Source: Trichoplax sp. H2
Taxonomy: Eukaryota
Direction: 5' to 3'
DNA length: 64,000 nucleotides
NCBI GenBank assembly: GCA_003344405.1
Contig: NOWV01000105.1
Location: 62,001 to 126,000, forward strand
Below are positions 25,646 through 58,900 of this stretch, one piece after another (the first letter of the stretch is position 1; the number at the start of each line of letters is the position of its first letter). Below the pieces are notes generated by a model, which did no database searches, was not told the origin of the DNA, and saw only the letters and a program-made list of their open reading frames with translations. A program made the translations under genes and the position numbers.

Positions 25646-28600
25646 GTTGTTGTTTTCTAAATTTGAGCTTATTTTCCCATGAATATTAATGTATATAAGT
25701 TACAAGGTAACTTTATTCAGAAAGTAAGTCTGTAGTAATAATCTACAGAAAATGATAGCGTATTTATTGTCACCCTATTGATAGCAGAAATTTGTAGCGT
25801 TAACTCCTCTCAGTATACTGTACATACTGATATAGCTCTTCATTTGTTATACTATTTTTAAGTTTAGTATTAATATTAATCTAGTTAGATTGAATTATTA
25901 GAACATAAATGGTTGATTTACTTTCAGTTTATCTAGTATCGAATGATCGTAACCATCATTTTTTGTTCTTTTGCATCTAATAACATTTTATTGAAATGTC
26001 TATAGTGCTATATATGAGAAGAGGTACCAGTGTCATTGGACTATGAGCATTTCCAATAGTAACCTTCCCTAATCTCCTTTTCTAATATTAATATTCTAGA
26101 TTACCATTTACCGCTGTCCGGTAAATATCTTAAAATTTTGTAAACCTATATGTTAAAATTTAAACATTAGCTTCAAATATAATGCTGTCATCTCAGCTGT
26201 CATATGCATAGATAGACAACATAACCTTGTTATTGACCGAATAAAATACTAAAGGCTGTAGAGAATTTTTTGATTCATAGAACTACGTAATATTTCTGAT
26301 AGCATTATCCTAAAAGCATGAATTATGTTTTTCCGTATCTCGATGATATCAATGTAGCATCATTTCTTGCATGTACATTAATCTGTAGCTAGCTTGCCTA
26401 TCAGGATGATATAAAATCAGATGGATGCGATTCAATAATATATAACCTCATTTAATCGCACTGTATACCTGAAAGGATTTACGCTAAGGTCATCGATTCT
26501 ATTATAATTAAGTCTTCCTTGTAAATGATGCTTGTAGCGCTTTACCATATAAAATTCGTTTTTTTATTTTCTAATTTATGACAGAATTAAAAATATCTAT
26601 ATTAAATGCTGCCTTGACTTTACCTACTGGCTGAGAATATTACGAGTACATAGTCATTAGCCCGCATAGACCGAGGTATGTAACCGGTAGTTTATCTCCA
26701 ACTAAGATTTCAGCAGAGATAAAGTACGGCAAACGTCTATTATGGCACGCATTATTTTAGTGGAACAAGTCTATTTAGTTAGTTTGAATCTATTCAAAAC
26801 GATTGATTAGCAAATAAACAAAATGTCTCCATATGTAGTGAATAGGTACAATTAATTGTCAATCGTCTATGTTTTAAATAACGATTACAGTAATGGAGCA
26901 GGGTCAATAACAGCAATTATTTTTTAAAGTAGAATCTTCAATAAGAAGTAATTTGTATCACAAGGGGCGTGGAAACGCTAATAATTTTGCAATAAATAAA
27001 GCTAAACGCCCAGTTTTGCTTTTAGTCAGTAAATCATCAGCAACAAGTTTTTGGTAAGATGCTGAGCACTAAGATAGTAATTCAGTTAGATTGCTTTTAG
27101 GTTAGTAAAGATAAATAGCAACAAGAAATGTAGGTCAGCAATATTGTTTTACCTTTATTCAAGATAGTAGTCAAGCTATTCGACATTTTCCGTTAATGTG
27201 ATTAATAACGTCGAAACTTTCAAATTATAGCGTAATACGTTAAAAAATAGAGTAATTATTATCGGAACACAAATATAGCATCGATCATCTGCCTTCCAAC
27301 TAGTATCAAATACAACGGACGAATTTGCTATAGCGTTAAACGCACCAAATCCAAAGATTAATAAAAAAAATTGACTAATTATCAGTAATTACGAAAAAAT
27401 AAATGCCTCAAGAAATAGGACGTATTTCCTACAGTAAAAAGCCAACGTGTGCAAAAAAATTACCCATCATCCACTCGGTTAGGAATAAAAGGCGATAGCG
27501 CCAATTTGATTAATATTGACTTAATTGTGCTTAATTAAGTTGATTATTGACTTAGGTTTGGTTATCACGAGGCATCGTAGATTATTCGTATTATCTTGAT
27601 GGCTATCTATTTGTTCTATCAGAGACTGTCATAGTTTAGCAATTAGAAAAGAATGGGATGGGCTAATTTGTTAACTGATTACTTAATGTCAGATCGATTT
27701 AAGGTCACATTGAGATAATGATAATTTAGAATAATCTTGCTTGTCTGAATATTCATGAAATTTAATTATCTATGAATAATTGTTTCAAGCTAGGCATAAA
27801 TTAATTATTATATTTTGCGGAAGATGTATGCAATGCATAAGTTAGGTCAATTATTTTCTCCCCTACTTTAACCTTTCCTTATATGGTAATTCCATCTTCA
27901 TTTGCTTATTTATAGTTGGAGTAATGACAAATGCATATTGAATATTGAAAAATAACTGATACCATAATGCTTGATGGCTATTATAATTCGTGAAATTTAT
28001 GCAGTGAACTCTCTTATATGACAAAAAGATTTCTAGTTACCCTTTGTTCCAGTAATTTTACTGATATGACCTATGTTAACGCTGGCAGCGATACAATTGT
28101 GATCATGATTGAATGAATTGATTTAACGAGCTAATATTCTGCCCTATAGATTAATGTCATCAGTACTGATCTAATAAACTACTTAAGAGACTTTATAGAG
28201 CTGACTGAGTAGAAAATTAAAGATAGTTATAATACAAAATATAATTCGATATGATTGTATTTTGCTGCAGTAATAATTTAATTTCGTCCATTTTAGTAAT
28301 GATATCGACTTATAAGATCTACTGAGATATTAAAAACTTGAAATGACGGAGGCGTACAAGTAATTTCTAAATAAGATTTTAAATTTCATTCATTGTACTT
28401 TCATATTTGCTGATGAAAGCACAGTAGATCAGCTAAGATGTAATAAAGTAGAATTATGAAAGGTCATATAGCTATACCCCTCTATAATCGATTCATGAGA
28501 TTTTATTCAACTACACAAATCATTAATCTTAGTCTATTCTGATCTGAATACGATATAATTTAAATGGTAACCGTTCCTTTTGCTATAATAGATGAATTGA

Positions 28601-30968
28601 ATGACACAGATCCAGCTACAATTTGCAATTTCTTTTCTCCAGATTAATAGATTTTATAATTTCATTAATTAATCGCACTGAAATTTTCGACGGACAATTT
28701 TTAAGTATTACTCTACAGCTGCATCGTGTGAAAATTAAATAATACAGTTTACAGGAACGATGACATTTAGCGATCTTTGGATTAATCACCTTATGTAAGC
28801 TTCCTACTATCCAAAATTAATCATCCTCTTATATAAATATACAATCAAAGCCTTGTCATAATATGGTAGCACTTGCGTTTTTCACGCGGTCTGTTATATT
28901 AATCTAACACATGTAAATTGACTCATTTATTCTTTCTCTTTTATCTATTCTAATAGATCAAAGTGATCAAGCAAGAATACTATTGCAACTCAATAAATAA
29001 GCTAGCTCATAAATTACAGTAATATCCTTAATTATGCTAATTTCTTGTCATGGGTGGACAGATTTATTTGATGAACATAATAGGTAGGATGTCTCTAAGA
29101 TATTATACTAACTTGATGGATTGGACTATTGATATAGATGAATTCCAATAATTGTCTATTTAAGTCTAGCACCATTTTACTGTCTACAAAACTTTATTTC
29201 TATCTCAAGAATACAATCAGTAAAGGTAATAATTATAATTATTATTCTCAGATGTAAGAGTCTTTCACCACGCTCGTATTAGTAATAGCTTTGTAATAGC
29301 TTTCGTTTACGTCAGCTATATTGATTACATTTGTAGTAAAATTTAAAAAATGCTATAGAATGTTCAAACTTGGCATTGTCATTCTTTATCATCTTAAGTA
29401 GAAATTATTCGATACTCCTAAGATGGTGCAGCAATATTATTGTTCGACTAGGAATTTCTTTTTATCTCCATTTACCTTATTTCGTTATTAACTTCATACT
29501 GAGTCATTAGTTGTATGTAGACTACTCTTTATTCGCAATCAGAATCATTAAAAAGTAATGATAATGCTCTATAGTGGATATGTAGCTTTGTCGGAGTAGA
29601 TGTTTAATAAGACAAATTATTTTGGTTGGTCTACAATCATGATCTAATCTGTTCCTAATTATCGCAGTTAAGATTGTTAATTCTTAATAAATCTCTTATA
29701 GAGAGTAAAGAATAATATTTTTCTTGAAAACTTATTTCGACCTAAATTGCTCCAAACTCTATCAGTGCTTTACAACAGGTCCATTAATGATAGTGATGGT
29801 ATATCATTTTTTCCATTAAGCCTATTCTATCATATTTAGCAAATAAGGACTAGAAAAGTAAACCTCTGCTACGCTGGAGGAATAATATTTGATAGGGAAT
29901 AAGATAATATGGCAACCTGAGAAATACATTCATTTGTTAAGATATTTCTATTTGTCATCATTCATCTTCAACTTTTTTTATCTGCAGTAATTTCTATAAC
30001 TACTTTAAATTTATCTGGCATGATTTTTTTATTCACTATATCTAGTGTGTTTCGGAATAATTAACTTAGAATATGAATGATTGGCTAGTTTACGGCTGTT
30101 CTGTTGATAAATTTCTCAGCTAATCCGTTTAATTGATAATGATAGAATATAACACGACTATTTTTAGTCATTGAAGTTTAAACAATCAACATAGACTGCT
30201 TTATCTGTAGCAGCTACAAATCTAGCCATGCTTACTTCTTATCCAATAATTACGGTAATGCGCAGTCACAATGATACAGAGCTACATAAAATCCTATAGC
30301 TACAGTATCTACTATTTCATAAATTACTGAAAATAACTGAATAAAAATAGCATGAGAAAAAATCTTATCTTTGATATCAAATATTATTGCTTTGATAATT
30401 ATTTATTCTCTATGCTAATACGAATGCTTACTATAATGCGAATAAAAAATATCGCGTTAGCATACTATTTATTTACGTATAAGTTTATGTAGCAGTAAAG
30501 ACATAAGGATACAGAAATCAAACAATATTAAAATTGATAAGAAATGAATTAATAGGACAAGTTTAAATTATCATTAGAATCATATTCGATAAAACTACAG
30601 TATGCAGTTGTTATGAAACCGCCAGCTGCACTTTCAGGTAGTATTTTAAATTTAGACAAACTTTACGAATTGTAAGTTTAAAGACATACATTGTAGAAAT
30701 AAAACTATGTTCAAAATGAGCTAAAAGGACGTCTAGAATGAGCAATAAAAATTATAACACCAATGTTATGCGCTAATAAGTATCATATATGCTAGCAAAG
30801 ATAAAGTTTTTTCTCCAGCTTTCAGTTCTACTAGCATCTAATGATTCATTCTCAGCATAGCAGTCTTAACCGTTGTAAAAATTAAATTATGGCATATTGA
30901 AAGTTTTAACTTATTATACGATCATTAAGCCATAATGATATTAAAGAATAAGATCCAGAAAGGTAAGT

Positions 30969-50427
<19,459 letters not shown>

Positions 50428-50485
50428 ACTTGCTGTGGGTAAGGTGAAAGCAAGTGATATGAATTTTGTGCAGCAGGTAGTTATT

Positions 50486-50494
50486 CTTATAATA
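50486..50494 (-). promoter_or_regulatory. TATA-like element of paralog B
   Basis: TATTATAAG on the minus strand ~59 nt upstream of the ATG, conserved with paralog A. Confidence 0.45.
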
Positions 50495-50939
50495 CGTGAA
50501 TTTGTAACCTGAGGGGAATGCCTTATACACTATGCATTCGTATTCAAAGGTCAATAAAAGATTGCAGACTAGTGCATTGTATTAATTGATATAATGATAT
50601 TCTAACCGAGTAGAATAGCGCAGTAATATTATTATGCGATCACGAAGCGAGGTAATTGTTTTATTTAGCTCTACTTTTGATAATAAGGCCATTAATATTG
50701 AAATGATAATGACAATTATTGTTTTGTAGAGAGAAAGAGGCAGAGAGGACGATAGGATTGATATTGTGATATGGTTTCTATTCTTCGCGAGCTACGTTAA
50801 TTAAGTAGTTGATGCACATAATTATTTTAGTAATTATCGCCTGCACCTTCTTGAAAAGTTGAATATTAGAGGTCATTTTTAGATTTTATTCTTCAACACA
50901 TCAAAAATAGGAAGCTTGTTCACAAAAGTTCAATTTAAG

Positions 50940-51240
50940 GCTGCTAATATTTGAACTAATTAAAGTTGACTTATTTCCATTAAAATAATATGAAACTCAT
51001 TCGGAAATGATTTAATTTATAGCTGATGATATTTGAACTATTTAAAATTGACTTCTATCCATTACAATAATATGCAACCCCTTTCAGAAATGATTCAATT
51101 TCTCGTGGATGATATTTGAAATAGTTTAATTGACTGACGTCCCTTAAAATGACATAAAACTTATTGGGAAATGATTCTGTTTATAGCTGATGATAGCCGA
51201 ACTAGTTAAAGTTGATTAATATCCATTAAAATGATTTCTT
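50940..51240. repeat. ~82-bp tandem repeat, ~3.6 copies, upstream of paralog B
   Basis: ctgatgatatttgaacta.ttaaa.ttgact....ccatta.aataatatg.aac....ttc.gaaatgatt at ~50941, 51023, 51106 and 51187. Confidence 0.8.
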
Positions 51241-51297
51241 TTAAATGAATTCAAAAGTCGAAACAAAGGCCAGTCTTGCAAGATTATTGTTGGTTAC

Positions 51298-51361
51298 TAG
51301 TAACCCACGGAGACATTGTTCATCTAATTTCTACCGACATCGTCGCATGTTACTGCTTGAT
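51298..51361. promoter_or_regulatory. Conserved non-coding element upstream of paralog B (X-box-like core)
   Basis: tagtaacccacggagacattg...atttctaccgacatcgtcgcatgttactgcttgat aligns to 25582-25645. Confidence 0.5.
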
Positions 51362-51894
51362 TATCTCTTTTGTGTCATTCAATACTGTTTATTTCATAAG
51401 ATTGTCGAATAAAAAATTGAAAACGTGATCCTATCATCTAAAGCTTTACCTTATAAGTTAATACAAGCACTGATGTCATAAATATACAAATGTTGCATAA
51501 TATAGGACAGCTGATTGTAAATTGTTTATCCGCCTAACATTCTGTAAGAGAAATGGTAAAGACAATAATATCAACATAGCTTAGACTGTTGCTTTGGGCT
51601 GTATTATGATAGGATATAGAACTAGATAGGTCGACCGATAATAACGAGTTTACGCAATACGAAGTTCAAAAGCTAAGGCTTCCTGCGGTAATTTTAGATG
51701 ATGTAATTAAATTATCTGTGTAATGGCACATAATACAGTTACTATACGAGTATGTCCTATTTTTTGCATAATTGTATTTGAATTTTATTGATGCTTTCAG
51801 GCTTTACAGACTTGAATATCATTGAGAGTTTTTCATCTAGATTATTTGTCATAATTATTTACCAAAATTGGTTTAAAAAATACCAATTTAAGTA

Positions 51895-52131
51895 AAGTAA
51901 CGGATCACCAATACTTTTCGAAGCTGATTTACACTGAAATTAAGTGATTGATTGCTTGGTGTTAAAAAATAGTTACGTGTATATTGAATTTAATATGGTC
52001 TAGCGCCGTTTATAGACGTTATGTACAATATTTATTTGCCTCATTTCTTCAAAAAACATTAATTCAGAAAAGTAACGAATCATCATTATTTTCAGAAGCT
52101 GATTTACGCTGAAATTGAGTGATTGATGCTT
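51895..52131. repeat. ~63-bp direct repeat, 2 copies ~175 bp apart
   Basis: aagtaacg.atca.ca.ta.ttt..gaagctgatttac.ctgaaatt.agtgattga at ~51895 and ~52070. Confidence 0.7.
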
Positions 52132-53360
52132 AATCTTAAATAATTATTATGAACATCCTAGCTCATTCATAGGGTAATCTGTAATAGGTCAGGAAGATTT
52201 TTAGATATGAAAATGTGTGCATTTTTGTTGCTTGAGTTCAACGGATGTAAAAAAGGTTCTACTTAAAAAGTGCAGATATCAATCCAATTATCTCGACTTT
52301 GTTTGTGTAAAACATTACGAATGTGCGTGATGGTAAGAAGTAAATAATCTCATTCCTGTGTGGAAAGTGCATAGACATCTTCTGTAAATAGGCCAATTTT
52401 GCTAACTAATTATGCAAACATGAGTGTCTTCATCGGTGTACTGCTATAAAATTGAGTCCAGAAAAGTACGGCAGTTATGCTTCGACTACATGAAGTATTT
52501 AACGTTGAATTACAATCAGGTGCTAGTGATTACTTCTAATTTTGTTCAGCTTCATTTGTTGATTTATAGCTAGATATTTTATTACTCATAGCAGAAGCAT
52601 TCGTCCGAGTAACGCTGGAGAATATTGCAGTAATTATTAATTAATGCTGTCTAGAATGCTAATTAGGTCATACCGGCACTGATCAAACAAGTAAACAATA
52701 ATAGAAACACAATTCAGTACAGTATAATACGAGTATACAACAGTGAATTAATAATATAATGCCATATCTAACTTCAAGCATTCAGTGCTATTGAAATCTC
52801 TCAGCGGATGATTATAATTTGCCACGTTGATAGATAAAAAGAAGATTATTGTCAAGGAAACAAGCAATTATTGATGCACTTACCTGCATATTTTAAAACT
52901 CCAGTTGAGAAGGCTAATTATTGTTACAATGCAAGCACCTTCTTTGTTGCTATGTTGCAGCGGTAGGCCATACAACATACAGTACCTATCTAGTTGGGGG
53001 CATCTTGCCCCCTCTCCTTTTAAGCCTATATGCCATGAAACATGAATAAATGTTATAGCACTTACGTTGATGTACTACGTATGAAAAACATTTACATAAT
53101 TTATTAAGCCATGATAGGTCAAGTTTAAAGGCATGAAAGTTTATGTTTGTAAAGCGAATATTTCTCGAGTGTTAAGAGTGACTTCTCCTTGAAACTTTTG
53201 CGGACTTGTGACATTAGTAGAAGAAGTACTAACTCGTACCATGACAAGTTTTAATAGATCGTTATATCGTGTTGTGTCAAATTCTTTATGATGAGACTTA
53301 ACGAAAATAAGCGATACCTGACCATAAATGGTAGTGAAAGGAATTTGAGATAATTTGAAT

Positions 53361-54155
53361 CACTGGCGACTCGAGGCCAATGGATTAGTTAAACGATAGT
53401 ATCTGACGGTAAAATAGCTAGATACACTAGACGAAAGAATTAGATGGATAGCAGTATCGATAAAATCTGCTTAAGACTAGAATAGAATAATATAGCAATG
53501 ACCGATAAGTAAATTAAGTACACACTAAAGACTTGAGATTAATGGATTGGTTAGGCGATAATATACGATGATAGAACAAGTGAATACACTTGAAAAAGAG
53601 CTAGATAGAAGTATCGATGAAATCTATTTGAGATTAGAACGGAATAATACAACGATAACCAGTAAATTCATTAAGTATGCTCCAGAAAGTCGCAATCAAT
53701 AGATTAGTTAGATGATAGTATACGATGGTAAAACAGCTCTATACACTAGACGAAAGAACTAGGTAGCAGTATTGATAAAATTCGCTTAAGATTAGAACGG
53801 AACAAGATAGCGATTAAAGATATGTTTATTAAGTACACACTAGCGGCTCGAATTCAGTGGATTAATTAGACGATAGTATACGACAGTAAAGCAGCTGAAT
53901 ATACTTGATGAAAGAATTAGATAGATCGTAGCTTCGATGAAATCTGTTTGAGACTAGAACGAAATAATATAGCAATAACCAAAAAGTTAATTATGTGCAC
54001 GCTGGAGACTCGAGATCAATGGATTAGTTAGACGACAGTATATAACGGTATAGCAGCTAAATAAATTAAATTTAATAAAAGAAATTAGATAGATAACAGT
54101 ATCCGTGAAATCTGTTTGAGAATAGAACGTAGAGATACAACGATAACCAATAAAT
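53361..54155. repeat. ~160-bp satellite-like tandem array, 5 copies
   Basis: aatggattagttagacgatagtatacga...agtatcgat(a/g)aaatct...gagactagaacg at 53379, 53541, 53698, 53856 and 54018 (periods 162, 157, 158, 162). Confidence 0.9.
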
Positions 54156-55902
54156 AAATTGATTTACTCAGGTCTTTACGCGAAATTAATTATATGTGTC
54201 GGGATAAAAACATCGCAATGTTGGATGTCATCCTGAAATATTTTGGCTACGATGTTACAGGATCTATTTCGATCCTTAATCTATAACTATCGGCCAATGG
54301 TAATAATTATCTACAATATTTAGATTATTTAATGATGCTTTTTGAATTTTTAACAGAATAACATAGGGTCCTAATCTTACGTAGAATATCGATAAACTAA
54401 ACAGTGCAGTAACTCTTCTTGGGTAGTGAAGAAGGAATAGGGGACGACCACAAACCTGAAATAGATACTTTTAGAGTGGTATCCATTTCAACATCTTTTC
54501 CCATTTTGTCACACGAAAATAGCTTGATAAAAATCAAGATACCTTTTTATATCATAGGAGATAATCATGTAAAGCAATTAATTCTATTCATGATCATAAT
54601 TTTGAATAACTAACCGCGATAAATGTGCATTCTTCAATGTACTATAACGGTATCTATCGGTAAATACGCTAGAGACATTATCAAATATACCCTCTGCAAT
54701 TCTATTAAAAGCGGTGTCTTTGGTCATCTTATTTATTCATGTTTTTGTGCATTAGCCCCTCGCTGTACTTAATCTGTAATTCAAGTTAAATTCATAAATT
54801 CATAAAAGAACGTATGTGATGATTTATTCAGTAAGCTGCTATTACTGAGTCATTCTTGAATCGTGTACTAGCATAATAACCTAGAAGCCTCGAAGACTAT
54901 AAAAATTATGTTCGACACTTTAATGTTGGAATGTTATTAAATACCTAAACTGTTTGTAGTTTCTTTTAGAACGCTAATACTGTGGTAAAGTACAGGCAAT
55001 TAATAATTCTATATTTCGACTGCTATCTTGTACAGCATTACGATCAATCAAATGAGTGATAATTATATTTAATGAAATAATTTTTAATCTGTAAATGTTA
55101 GTCTTCGGTCATCGTATAGCGGTAATATAAGTATTTCTTGGTTATACACCTTAGCCAACGAATTTACTTACTTTTAACTTCTTCTCCTACTAATAAAATG
55201 ACCTAAAATATAGTACCGTAATTTTTTTCTATAACCCGCAGCTCATGGACTACTAGAAATCTACGCTAGAAGTAATCCTTAGTTTTGTGTGCGCCTATTC
55301 TTATCTGCTGCTACTGCATTTGATATCACTTTATCAAAAATAGTACATATGATTTATCGTTGCGTGTAATAAAATTTTGACTTACAGAAACAGATTTCAT
55401 AAGCCATATTGTCTATCATTGTAAATACTAATAGAGCTTTAGTAGTTCGGGTAATCTATGGCTATGAATAGACTTAACTGGTAAATAATTAGGAAAGCAG
55501 AATGATCCAATAAAACCTGATAGCTCATAAGTACGCTACTCAAATTGCAAATTATCGTGGAGGTCACATGCGTGTCAAGGGAAGTTGGACGCTTGGCAAA
55601 AAAACTGGAAATTTAGAGTATGTTATCGAATCAGCTTGATGAGCAGTTGCAATGAGACGTTACAAATAAATAGATTGCAATCGAATAACTTTAATTTATA
55701 AGCATTTCAAGAGGGCAGGAAATAAATTGGCTATCGTATATACTGAAGGTAAGTAGAGCGTTATTTATTCTCATTTGCTATAAAACTTGCCTTTATATTG
55801 CGAATGGATATTGTTAGATATAAAATTAAATAAAGTATATAAATTCAATTGATAAGTTACCAATATGGAGATGTGATAAAATATAATATCATAAGATGAA
55901 AA

Positions 55903-58900
55903 TTATCTTTCAATATTTAAATGGATATTTAATCCTCGAAGCATATCAGTATCCCTAATTCTTTTACAACCATATATATGCAACGACTTTAATCTCTTAC
56001 AATGTTTGACAAGATAAATTAAACTCTCGTGTGTTACATCCCTACAAAAGCTCAGTTTAATCGATTTTAAGGTGCGATAGCATTGGCTATTGGCCAAATC
56101 TTTGACACTATGAAAGATGAAAAGGCAACAAGATTAATTTAATGTGTACAATAAAGCAATATTTTAATAAACTAGAGAACAAATAAGCCGTAACAGTTCT
56201 ACCTGTCCTATTCTACAAAATGAAATATGAGTTCTTCATTTTCTTAGAATAAGAGTTACTTTTTACTATCATTAATTTCATACCTGGATCTAGTAATATT
56301 TGTAGAGCTTAAGTCGAGAACTTCTAAGCTATGGCAGTGTTGTGCTATAACATTTATACTGTTATCCGTTACCATTTCACATCCGCAAATGTCCAGACAT
56401 CTAAGTTGAATAGCGAAATTCTCATTAAATAAGGTATCAGACTACAAATGCTTGGTATCGCTTGTAGAGCATATCATTTTAAAAAATTAATTTGTACGAA
56501 ATGCTTCATAAAGGGGAAAAATTACCTTATAGAAGGTCTATGTATTGCGAGCTCGTTCATCGCAATATCGGTAATTTTAGAGCACTTTGCTAAACTAATA
56601 TCGCTTAATTTTTGCCAATTTCTCGCTAGAAATGATACGCAATCATCCGTTATCTATTAAAAAAGTATAAATTAACAATTATTAGCTTATTCCTATCAGT
56701 TATGCTCATTTCTAGTGATGTAATGACGCAAGATAAGATGTATTGATTGCACATTAAAGATTTATTCTGAAAAAGCAAATATGGAATAACGTGGTAAACA
56801 AATATACTTCTAAAAAACAATATTGGTTTCGTAAGATGAGATAAAGCAAATACTTTACAGCGTACAAAATGACGTATCCTAATTTTACACTTGGTTATAA
56901 AGTAATAAAATTAACGTTTAAATATGCGTCTTAATATGCCGCCGCAAAAAAAGCTTTCATTTTAAGGTCTATATTATCGCAACGTATAGATATAGACGTT
57001 ATTTTATCTTTTTATACTAACCTGGCTGATACCGCGCAATCCAATTTTTTCTATATGCTTTAAGTTTGCTGCTAGTCTGCTAATGTCATCATTGCTAAGC
57101 TAAATGATTAGCAACAAAATGTACCACCATAGTGGTAATATTATTGAGATTAAGGTGATATTTGTCAAGTATTTACATCTGATACGAATTACTTGTAAAT
57201 ATCTTATAGAAGTTTAATAGTTTACCTTATAGCATTGCCCTAAATTTAGGGAAATAATATTTTTGCAGTTATAAGCAATCATTTTAGCAGCTTGCGAATC
57301 GATTTTTGAACAGCCGGAAATGTCCAAGTAGCAAATACTGATATATTAATGATTAAAATATGATAAATGATAAGATTAGATAAGAGCTAAATTTATCTCA
57401 TAATATTCATGAAAGCTATACTAAATTACAATAATAAATTAACGAGTGATAATTATACTCTTTAGTGTAAATGCTTTATTAAGTAATCATGACTTCAAAT
57501 AAAGTAATGACGAGATTTTTAAATTCAATTTTTTAATAAAGATAATGCGTATCAATTCCTGGTTAAATTACAAATTAGAATTACGTTGGATCTTGATTGA
57601 TGATGATATAACATTAAAACAAAATTTTTCATACATATTGCTTTCCATATGAATTGATTTAAGATTAATGCAATTAGTACTTATAGATATTTTGGTTTAC
57701 CTATCTCCATGTCGGCTAGCAATCGTTGAAATTGTTCTATTGGAAATGTTTAGACATCCACTGAGATCAATGGATATCATACTAAAATGATAAACAAATC
57801 CGTAAAATTATATTTTAATTGGGCTCTTGTTGCATTTTACGATATTCCATCGAAGCAAAGACCTATATAACATCATGAACTCTAACTTACCTTTTGCAGC
57901 CTTCTAAAATAGAGATAATTCCGTCATCACTAACATTGCACTGTGAGCAATGGATAGTATGTACATTTGGACACCGAGTTGCTATATGAACTAAAACTTC
58001 ATCGCCAATAGTTTCACTAGTTGTAGTAGGTACATAGGCCATGGTAAACTCCTAAAAGGAAGTTTATTAAAGAGTATTTAGTTCAGGCCTACAATTAATA
58101 TTATCAATTAAATTAGATTTTGTCCGACCTGCAGTGAATCCGAACACTGGCGAAATAGTTGTCTTAATCCATCCACGGTAATGACCACGTTTGAGGATCT
58201 GGTTGCTCTGTTGCTATATTCTGATTCAACAACTTCCATTTGTGGTAAAGTTAGGCAAACAGGTTTCCTTCTTCCAATCGCTTTTAATGACATATTTGAT
58301 AATGGTACATTTTTGGGTACAATAATTTCATTCCCTAAAGAAAGACCAATTCGAGCAATAAGAAGTTCAAAATAATAGCCATGACTGTACTAAGTTCTAA
58401 TTATTAATTTCTATAATTGGCATCGCCTCATTAATTTAGGAGAAATAATTGTAATATATGATCAGAATTAATGTGATATATTATTAATTAAATTAAATGA
58501 CTATGAAAGGTAATGTGCATTATCTATGATATACGTAAGCAATCAATTATTAAAACAGGTTGTTTCTCAAAATAATCATAATGTTATACTATCGATAATA
58601 TATTTATATCGAGGTATGTTTATACGAGTATTCTTGATATACCTTACTCGTAGTCAGATTTTAAAATTTAAAATTTCGTTGCTTACAAGGTTTTTAAAGC
58701 TATATAGTCTACCTAAGGTACTTACATAATGCTGAATCATTAGCTATCCAATAAAGTCTTCGACATACCATGGAGCATTTGATTAACTCTTTTTGGGGTA
58801 TCTTACTTAATATCATGAGAAGTAATTCATCTGGTAGATCTAATAATGATAATGGGGAGTTCACGAGATTGTTATAATAATAGTCACTTAATCTTTTATT

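Noticed and set aside
25700-30900. Hidden gene in the spacer between the two paralogs
   Set aside because: No ORF of 60 aa or more and no coherent exon chain; only isolated donor-like motifs and a GC box near 26964.
52884-53317. Possible minus-strand exons (acceptors near 53318 and 52986, GTAAG donors near 53065 and 52883)
   Set aside because: I could not join them into a consistent open frame with a start and stop or a recognisable product; a lncRNA or relic cannot be excluded without RNA data.
53361-54155. Regularly spaced repeats resembling a CRISPR array
   Set aside because: The whole unit is repeated with no unique spacers, there are no cas genes, and the context is eukaryotic and intron-rich.
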